Source of the DNA: Bacillus subtilis subsp. subtilis str. 168
GTDB taxonomy: Bacteria; Bacillota; Bacilli; Bacillales; Bacillaceae
Length of the DNA: 32,000 bases
NCBI RefSeq assembly: GCF_000009045.1
Contig: NC_000964.3
Location: forward strand, 3,420,001-3,452,000
Direction: 5' to 3'
Shown: positions 26,237 to 32,000 of the stretch, in pieces
How the letters are laid out: each line of letters opens with the position of its first letter
How positions within the stretch are numbered: the stretch's first letter is position 1
The notes under the pieces: model-generated
Seen by the model: the letters and a program-made list of their open reading frames with translations, nothing else
Database searches by the model: none
What the model was told of the DNA's origin: nothing
Translations under genes and position numbers: made by a program

Positions 26237-28132
26237 TTACTTTTCAAAAGCTGTTCTCAAGCCGGAATACAGCGCGGACAATTCTTTACTGATCCGAGGA
26301 TAATGAGGGACATGCGGCACTTGAATATCCGCAGGCATCCTTTTCATGATAAAGGATTGCTCAGCCTGTTCAAAAAACGCCCGCAGCTGGTTGATCTCTT
26401 CATCAGAAAACGGAGCAGACGGACGGCGGTGAGCTTGCGCCGAGAGCAAATAGTACCCTAAGTGCTGAGCACCGGAAATGGCAGGCCAGAGCGCATCCGC
26501 ATTCGCGTGAGGAAACTCGCCAAGCGCCTTGTCATACGCATCCCGAAGCCTGACAAGACTCACCCTTAACTTGTGTTCGTCGGCAATTTGCCCGGTTAAC
26601 AGTTTCTCCATAAACTGCCCTTCCAGCCGGATGACATTCCGCACAAGTTCTGGCAGCCGCTTGGTTGAAAACCGCCGCCACAAAAGCATTGTTCCCAACA
26701 GCCCGATCACGCTGCCGACAGCTACATCAGTCAGCCTCGCTATCATAAAATAACCGGCGCCCGCCCCGCCATGCATACTTTCTGTGATAACAAGCGCATT
26801 TGCGGTTAAAAAGGGAACAGCCAGCGCATAATTGCGGACGATCAGCATCTCAAGAAGACATTGCAGCGCTGCAATACAAAACGCAATATAAACACCGCCC
26901 GGCTTAAAAAACAGGATTGCGCCTGCCAGTATAACACCGATCACCGTTCCGGCCGAACGCTGAATAGCCCTGTGAAGCGTAAAAACAACAGTAGTGCCAA
27001 GCATGACCGCTGCTGCCGAAAGCGGAATCCAATAGGAGCGTGCAAAGCCGAATGCGAGGGCAAACATATCGGCGGCAAACAGAACAATTCCGTACTTTAA
27101 CGCTCTAATCAAAACTGGAGACTTCCAGTCAAAGGCATTTCTCAAAAAGTAAAAAGAGGATGGCAGGCGGCTTGGTTCCCCGTCAAGCTGCTTATCAAAA
27201 CGTCCTGAAGCGATATACAAAACCTCATTGATTTCTTCAAACAGCTTCCGCCTAGGCTCAGATTCATTTTCATTAATCTGAAACGTATTGAAAACCCGTG
27301 CATTCGCAAGCATATCTCCGGTTTGGCGAAGTGCCTTTTCAATCTGCGCGGTCTCTCTGTCCGGCGTTTCAGCTGAAAAATGAATAATGGCAATAAATAT
27401 GTCGTCAGCTTTCTCAAGGAGGCGAAAAAATCGTTCATCATGCCGCGATTTTTTCCGTCTGTTCCCTTTCCCAAGAACCGTTTGGCGGGCTGTTCTAAGC
27501 ATGAGCACCGTCTGATGCTGTGCGTTATGAAAACCTGGCGTTCCGACGGCTGAAAGACATGCAGCCAGCTGATGATATGTTTTTTGCAGCACCGCTCCCT
27601 CCGGTCCATGTTTGTTCCATAACCAGCCGATTAAAGCGATACCCATGGCGAAAATGCCGCCGAGAAACGTCAGTCCCGCTCTGAACAGCGCTTGTGAAGG
27701 ATCGGCCGGCAGCCCGGAACTGACTAAAAAGGCAAGGACAAAAAACATCGGCGCAGGGCCTTGAATGCCGAGCGCGCTAAAAATAAACATCGCCGCTGCA
27801 CCGATCAGCCCCAAAACAGCCGCCATCATCCAAAGCATCCCGGACAAAAGCGTCCCTAAACCAAATGAGAGGGCGATCCCAATAGAAACCAAGAGCAGCT
27901 TCAAGGCGCGCTTTTTGTACGATTCACCGCCCGCATATAAATAAACAAAGCCTCCGATACTTGCAATTAATCCGTAATCCGTGTGACCTGCCAATGCACC
28001 GACCAGCACAGGAAACCCTGAAGCGAAACCTGATCCGATAGCCTTTTTCCAAGGAAATGGATTTGCATGAATGCGAAAGGCATCCTTCACGATAGGCATG
28101 ATTCTTTGATTGTTCGCAGCAGTTTTGTTCAT
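26237..28132 (-). CDS. yvaC: FUSC/ArAE-like (aromatic acid exporter family) integral membrane protein
   Basis: 631 aa in two blocks of about five or six TM helices, separated by a roughly 150-aa charged cytoplasmic linker and followed by a soluble C-terminal tail. This is the FUSC family architecture. Confidence 0.85.
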   Translation of the reverse strand: MNKTAANNQRIMPIVKDAFRIHANPFPWKKAIGSGFASGFPVLVGALAGHTDYGLIASIGGFVYLYAGGESYKKRALKLLLVSIGIALSFGLGTLLSGMLWMMAAVLGLIGAAAMFIFSALGIQGPAPMFFVLAFLVSSGLPADPSQALFRAGLTFLGGIFAMGIALIGWLWNKHGPEGAVLQKTYHQLAACLSAVGTPGFHNAQHQTVLMLRTARQTVLGKGNRRKKSRHDERFFRLLEKADDIFIAIIHFSAETPDRETAQIEKALRQTGDMLANARVFNTFQINENESEPRRKLFEEINEVLYIASGRFDKQLDGEPSRLPSSFYFLRNAFDWKSPVLIRALKYGIVLFAADMFALAFGFARSYWIPLSAAAVMLGTTVVFTLHRAIQRSAGTVIGVILAGAILFFKPGGVYIAFCIAALQCLLEMLIVRNYALAVPFLTANALVITESMHGGAGAGYFMIARLTDVAVGSVIGLLGTMLLWRRFSTKRLPELVRNVIRLEGQFMEKLLTGQIADEHKLRVSLVRLRDAYDKALGEFPHANADALWPAISGAQHLGYYLLSAQAHRRPSAPFSDEEINQLRAFFEQAEQSFIMKRMPADIQVPHVPHYPRISKELSALYSGLRTAFEK

Positions 28133-28230
28133 TTGACAAAATCCTTTTCAATGAATGTGTAGAACTTTTCCAGTTTCTTCGCTTTAGTATGCCCAAAAAC
28201 GCGGTTAGCTTCTCAATTGGTGCGCACGAT

Positions 28231-28259
28231 AAAAAAACAGAGACTTATACCGTCTCTGC
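28231..28259 (-). terminator. Terminator downstream of yvaD
   Basis: Minus strand shows CAGAGAC-GGTATAA-GTCTCTG followed by TTTTTTTA. Confidence 0.8.
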
Positions 28260-28294
28260 TTCATTACATCAGTTTATTATAAAAGCGGCACCTG

Positions 28295-28696
28295 TCAGGA
28301 CTGTTTTGTCCTTCTGCCTTCCTTCAAGAGCAGGTGAATAAAAAATAAAGGATAAATCAATAGATACCCATTAAACAGCCACCACACAAGATCAAAGTCA
28401 CTGCTGAATGTCCAGAATGATAGCGCCTGCAGACCTGAACAACAGGTCAGCACAAGAGAAATCAGCGCCATCAGCTTCCAGTCAGCACGATTCACCCGCT
28501 GTAGGTACAAGCTGTACAACCCTGTGACAGAAATCAGGATATCCAGCGGAAAAAAAGACCAGTTCCAAGCGATCATAAACGGATGGTCATGATGTTTAAA
28601 AGCCCAGCTTTCCGGTATGAGCGAAAATCCGGCTGACAGCCAGTACAAGATAAAACCGATATCAGTCACGAGAAAAAACAGCTTCATATATCTCAT
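28295..28696 (-). CDS. yvaD: Small 4-TM membrane protein of unknown function
   Basis: 133 aa. Its ATG overlaps the yvaE stop (ATGA). It has four hydrophobic segments, with an Asp inside the first (LVTDIGF). I recognise no family motif. Confidence 0.8.
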   Translation of the reverse strand: MRYMKLFFLVTDIGFILYWLSAGFSLIPESWAFKHHDHPFMIAWNWSFFPLDILISVTGLYSLYLQRVNRADWKLMALISLVLTCCSGLQALSFWTFSSDFDLVWWLFNGYLLIYPLFFIHLLLKEGRRTKQS

Positions 28697-29052
28697 TTGT
28701 ACTGCCCGCTTTTATGTACCGGCTCAGACACCGCAACATGCTCGATCAGGTTTAAAGACACAACACCGGCAATAATCAATCCAATTGAAATGACTTTCAT
28801 GACACTCACATGTTCTTGAAAAAACAAAAAACCAACGACTGTAATCAAGACAATTCCCATCCCTGACCATACAGCATAAGCAACTGATACATCAATGGAT
28901 TTAAGCGTAAGCGTCAGAAAGAAAAGACTCCCTCCATAAAAGAAAATCAACAGCAAACTGGGAATAAGCTTTGTAAAACCAGACGATAGCTTCATGCTGA
29001 CAGTTCCCGCAACCTCAAACAAAATCGCCAAGCATAGAAACACCCAATTCAT
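28693..29052 (-). CDS. yvaE: Small multidrug resistance (SMR/EmrE-like) transporter
   Basis: 119 aa with four TM helices and the conserved TM1 glutamate (AILFEVAGT). Its ATG overlaps the yvaF stop (ATGA). Confidence 0.9.
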   Translation of the reverse strand: MNWVFLCLAILFEVAGTVSMKLSSGFTKLIPSLLLIFFYGGSLFFLTLTLKSIDVSVAYAVWSGMGIVLITVVGFLFFQEHVSVMKVISIGLIIAGVVSLNLIEHVAVSEPVHKSGQYK

Positions 29053-29621
29053 GTGGCATCAGCCTCCTCATCAGCTGTTATACCGTTAAACAAAACATCT
29101 ACAATTGATTCAAGTACCTCTCCTGTCGTGAACTGATGTTTCAGCGGATATTCAGGGTCATACACTTGATTGATGCTCCCTATATACATGTGAACAAACA
29201 GGTCCGGATTGATGTTTCTGATTCTCTTTTGCTGTTTGCACTCATTTAATAATGCTAGGACAATCGCCCATTCTTCCTTAATAAACGCGTCTAATGTAAG
29301 CCACGCATCGTAATGGTATTTCTTTAGTTCATTTAATAATCCCATGTTCAGCAGTTCCATCCCCTGCGGAAGGCTGATCAGCATTTGTTTCACCTTTTCG
29401 AGCACATTTAAACTTTCATTTTCATAGATGTCTCTTTCTATTTGCTTCATTTCAGCTATAAATTGTTCGACAACCGCCTCAACAAGCTGATCTTTAGATG
29501 AATAATATGCATAGAGCGTCCGCTTGCTCGTTCCCAGCGCTGCCGCCAAATCATTCATCGTAAATGAAAATCCTTTCTGCTTGATCAGCCGGAAGGTTTC
29601 CGCCAGAATTCTTTTATCCAT
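29049..29621 (-). CDS. yvaF: TetR/AcrR-family transcriptional regulator
   Basis: 190 aa with an N-terminal TetR HTH (FSFTMNDLAAALGTSKRTLYAYYSSKDQL). GGGGGA SD lies 5 nt before the ATG. It is the first gene of yvaF-yvaE-yvaD. Confidence 0.9.
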   Translation of the reverse strand: MDKRILAETFRLIKQKGFSFTMNDLAAALGTSKRTLYAYYSSKDQLVEAVVEQFIAEMKQIERDIYENESLNVLEKVKQMLISLPQGMELLNMGLLNELKKYHYDAWLTLDAFIKEEWAIVLALLNECKQQKRIRNINPDLFVHMYIGSINQVYDPEYPLKHQFTTGEVLESIVDVLFNGITADEEADAT

Positions 29622-29634
29622 ATTAATCCCCCGC

Positions 29635-29666
29635 TTTCGGTACCAAGAAAACTATTTCGGTACCAA
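29635..29666. promoter_or_regulatory. Tandem 12-bp repeats (candidate YvaF operator pair)
   Basis: TTTCGGTACCAA occurs at 29635-29646 and 29655-29666, identical and offset by 20 bp. Each is centred on the palindrome GGTACC. One copy overlaps the predicted +1; the other lies 3 nt upstream of the SD. Confidence 0.55.
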
Positions 29667-29667
29667 T

Positions 29668-29696
29668 ATTATACGGCAGAAATTTATGGAAATCAA
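29668..29696 (-). promoter_or_regulatory. Near-consensus sigma-A promoter of yvaFED
   Basis: Minus strand shows TTGATT-N17-TATAAT. Confidence 0.6.
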
Positions 29697-29703
29697 CAAT
29701 ATA

Positions 29704-29731
29704 TAAAAAAACCTCTCCTATTGGGAGAGGT
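29704..29731 (-). terminator. Terminator downstream of yvaG
   Basis: Minus strand shows ACCTCTCCC-AATA-GGAGAGGT followed by TTTTTTTA, directly after the yvaG TAA. Confidence 0.9.
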
Positions 29732-30526
29732 TTAAAAGACACTGCGGACCAAACCGCCGTCCGCCCGAAGTGCCGCGCCATTGATCGCAGAGGAAAGCGG
29801 ACTGCTTAAAAATGTAACGAAGTGGGCGATTTCTTCCGGACGGATCAGTCTTTGAATAATAGATGTCGGCCGGTTTTCTTTCATAAAACGTGCCTCAGCT
29901 TCTTGAACAGTCAGGTTTTCACCAGGATACAGCGAGTTCAGCATGGTTTCCACACCCTCTGTTAAGGTAGAGCCCGGCATGACGGTGTTGACTGTGACAT
30001 TCGTGCCGGTTGCCAGCTCCGCCAAACTGCGGGAAATGGACAGCTGCATCGTTTTTGTCGCACTGTAATGGGCCATTTCCTGTGACGGCATAATCGCCGC
30101 TTCACTGGCAATGAAAATCACACGCCCTTCTTTTTTCTCTATCATGTTATGCAAATACCTGCGTGTCAGCCTTACACCGCTCATAATATTCACTTCAAAA
30201 AAACGAAACCATTCATCGTCGGGAATATCAAAGTACTCCGCCGGTTCAAAAATCCCTAAATTGTTGACCAAAATATCAACCTCTGGATATGCCTGAAACA
30301 GCTCATTGCAGCCTTCTTCTGTTCCCAAATCAAATGCAGCCGGATAAAGAACCGCTTCAGCATGTTGTGTTTTCAGTTCATCTATCGTTTGATTCACTTT
30401 CTCTTCCCGGCGTCCGTTAATGATCACTGCCGCACCTTCTTCAGCTAACGAAGAGGCAATAGCTTTTCCGATCCCTGATGTCGAACCGGTCACCAGTGCG
30501 GTTTTTCCTTGTAAATTCAGCTTCAT
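29732..30526 (-). CDS. yvaG: Short-chain dehydrogenase/reductase (SDR)
   Basis: 264 aa with the Rossmann motif TGSTSGIGKAIA, NNLG and a catalytic YSATK. GGAGGG SD precedes the ATG. Confidence 0.9.
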   Translation of the reverse strand: MKLNLQGKTALVTGSTSGIGKAIASSLAEEGAAVIINGRREEKVNQTIDELKTQHAEAVLYPAAFDLGTEEGCNELFQAYPEVDILVNNLGIFEPAEYFDIPDDEWFRFFEVNIMSGVRLTRRYLHNMIEKKEGRVIFIASEAAIMPSQEMAHYSATKTMQLSISRSLAELATGTNVTVNTVMPGSTLTEGVETMLNSLYPGENLTVQEAEARFMKENRPTSIIQRLIRPEEIAHFVTFLSSPLSSAINGAALRADGGLVRSVF

Positions 30527-30660
30527 TATTCATCCCTCCGTTTTTGATTCCTCTTATTTATTGACAGAAATCTGATTGGTGAAACATCTGCTCTGCAATC
30601 AGTATGAAACAGCTGGGATTGAAATGGAAGTACGCACTTTTTGGTGCCTGTGGTTTGGAG

Positions 30661-30697
30661 AAAAAATAAAGCAGAACCTCTTAAGAGGTTCTGCTTT
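30661..30697 (-). terminator. Terminator of ssrA
   Basis: Minus strand shows AAAGCAGAACCTC-TTAA-GAGGTTCTGCTTT (13-bp stem) followed by ATTTTTT, 14 nt after the tmRNA 3' end. Confidence 0.9.
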
Positions 30698-30711
30698 ATT
30701 GTCAGTATGTA

Positions 30712-31071
30712 TGGAGACGGTGGGAGTCGAACCCACGTCCAGAAACATCGATTACTTAAGCGTCTACGAGCGTAGCCTGCATATTTATGGTTTCACTCAT
30801 CTTCTTGCCTGCGGGCGGGCCTTCCGAGAGCTAGTCTGTTCATCTCTTCTTACGTTCTCAGACGGGAACGCAAGCGTAGCCTACTTGGATGTGCTCTTCA
30901 CAGACACATAGGCAATGTCAGGAAGAGCTCGCTGCGCTTATTAGGCAGCTAATGCTACGTTTTGGTTAAAACTGTTAGTTTTGCCAGTTATATTTAAGTG
31001 CGTGTTTACGAGATCGCCTCTCGGCTCGCAGCTCAAGCTCGATCCATCCCTGTCGAATCCGTAACGTCCCC
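30712..31071 (-). ncRNA. ssrA: tmRNA (SsrA)
   Basis: The minus strand starts GGGGACGTTACGGATTCGACAGGGATGG and ends GGACGTGGGTTCGACTCCCACCGTCTCCA (tRNA-Ala-like acceptor and T-arm; CCA is not encoded). The internal tag frame GGC AAA ACT AAC AGT TTT AAC CAA AAC GTA GCA TTA GCT GCC TAA TAA (30985-30938) encodes (A)GKTNSFNQNVALAA. Confidence 0.97.
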
Positions 31072-31131
31072 TTGGTATAAGGGAAATACGGGAGAAAATA
31101 TCAAGCTCTCACTCAAACTGGCTATAGTCTT

Positions 31132-31159
31132 ATTATAACATGATCACGGCTCTTTTCAA
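31132..31159 (-). promoter_or_regulatory. Candidate extended -10 sigma-A promoter of ssrA
   Basis: Minus strand shows TTGAAA-N16-TGtTATAAT. The predicted +1 is about 54 nt upstream of the mature tmRNA 5' end, implying a processed precursor. Confidence 0.55.
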
Positions 31160-31247
31160 TTGTCAAATCCTTCAAATGAATGGCGTCGTGATCTGATCGT
31201 GAACACAGTATAGCACAGGCCTGATTTTCGAATCAAGCACTATGCCT

Positions 31248-31718
31248 TTAGAAGCCTTTTTGACTGTCTCTGAACGCTCTTTCGATTTCCCGCTTCGCGT
31301 CCTTGCGCTTCAGATCTTCCCGTTTGTCATAGTTCTTCTTCCCTTTTCCAAGGCCGAGAAGCACTTTGGCAAAGCCGTTTTTTAAATACAGCTTCAGCGG
31401 AACGAGAGAATAGCCTTTTTCCTTTGTTAACCCGATCAGCTTATTAATCTCCTTGCGGTGCATTAACAGCTTTCTTGTCCGGAGCGGATCGTGGTTATAG
31501 CGGTTTCCCTGCTCATATGGGCTGACGTGCATATTGTGGAGAAACACTTCTCCCCGTTCGATTTTGGCGAAGGAATCCTTAAGGTTTACGCGGCCGGCGC
31601 GAATCGATTTGATTTCGGTTCCTTGCAGAACGATGCCTGTTTCATAGGTTTCTTCTATAAAATAATCGTGGTTGGCTTTCTTATTTTGAGATAATACTTT
31701 TCCTGACCCTTTTGGCAT
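31248..31718 (-). CDS. smpB: SsrA-binding protein SmpB
   Basis: ATG 31718 lies after GAGGAGG and gives 156 aa beginning [23 protein letters not shown]; the track start adds 12 codons that cover the SD. It has the conserved SmpB core and a basic C-terminal tail. Confidence 0.95.
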   Translation of the reverse strand: MPKGSGKVLSQNKKANHDYFIEETYETGIVLQGTEIKSIRAGRVNLKDSFAKIERGEVFLHNMHVSPYEQGNRYNHDPLRTRKLLMHRKEINKLIGLTKEKGYSLVPLKLYLKNGFAKVLLGLGKGKKNYDKREDLKRKDAKREIERAFRDSQKGF

Positions 31719-31810
31719 GCCAGAACCTCCTCTCTCTAAGGAAAAACTGTCCACCTTTTGCGATACGCTCTATTTTACCAAATGTCACGTACCGCTACAA
31801 TGAAAAGCTG

Positions 31811-31852
31811 TTTCCGAAAGAAAGCAAATAGAGCGCTGCGGCCCTATTTGCT
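31811..31852 (-). terminator. Hairpin between rnr and smpB (possible partial terminator)
   Basis: Minus strand shows AGCAAATAG-12 nt-CTATTTGCT followed by TTCTTTCGG. The U tract is interrupted, so read-through into smpB is likely. Confidence 0.4.
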
Positions 31853-31862
31853 GGTTGAGCTG

Positions 31863-32000
31863 CTATTTCTTCTTTTTCCGTTTCTGTTTCGGAGCATTCT
31901 GGAAGCCGCGTTTTTTCTTTTTCTTCTTCGGCTTAGTGAACCACTCCCCTTTTTCCTCAGACGGAGCTGGAGAAACAGGTGTATTGGTGCTTTGAACACG
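31863..32000 (-). CDS. rnr: RNase R, C-terminal Lys-rich tail only (5' part is beyond the window)
   Basis: Minus-strand reading ends ...[22 protein letters not shown] (stop at 31865-31863). The basic tail and the position upstream of smpB-ssrA fit rnr. Confidence 0.75.

Noticed and set aside
30576-30911. 111-aa plus-strand ORF between yvaG and smpB
   Set aside because: It lies antisense across the tmRNA gene and its terminator. The locus is fully explained by ssrA.
1-32000. Search for CRISPR arrays, IS or transposase genes, integrases, phage genes, toxin-antitoxin pairs, restriction-modification or other defence-island signatures, and rRNA/tRNA genes
   Set aside because: None was found. Every ORF of at least 130 aa with an SD is accounted for by a housekeeping or stress gene in conserved strain-168 order. 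There are no long direct or inverted repeats bounding any segment, and no obvious compositional break was visible by eye.

Overview
The window reads as a contiguous Bacillus subtilis 168-type core chromosome segment, identified from memory of protein sequences, lengths and gene order; no search was run. Gene order is lysP(yvsH, truncated)-L-box-sspJ-yvsG-yvgJ-yvgK-modAB-yvgN-yvgO-nhaK-cysIJ-helD-yvgT-bdbCD-cadA-copA-copZ-csoR-yvaA-azoR2-yvaC-yvaDEF-yvaG-ssrA-smpB-rnr(truncated). About 30 CDS are present, 25 on the minus strand. There is one tmRNA gene, one lysine (L-box) riboswitch and many clean rho-independent terminators. Several near-consensus sigma-A promoters and repressor or activator operators are readable: CsoR, an ArsR/CzrA-type 12-2-12 site, a LysR-type T-N11-A site, a MarR/MhqR-like site and a TetR-type tandem site. 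The ORF track misses two real genes: edge-truncated lysP and the 46-codon sspJ. It also over-extends several N-termini (copA, helD, nhaK, smpB, yvgN, modA). I see no IS elements, prophage genes, CRISPR arrays, rRNA/tRNA genes or any sign of a foreign insertion, so I cannot honestly claim a new multi-gene system. The best second-look items are four. (1) The copZ-copA gap holds a terminator-like hairpin followed by a second CsoR-type palindrome. (2) The translationally coupled yvaF-yvaE-yvaD unit (TetR, SMR, unknown 4-TM protein) has a phased tandem operator. (3) The uncharacterised HTH plus molybdate-binding-domain protein YvgK lies divergent from an ATPase-less modAB, across helically phased AT repeats. 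(4) About 210 nt of unexplained sequence upstream of nhaK carries a CsoR-box-like palindrome. All functional assignments rest on sequence reading plus remembered family knowledge.
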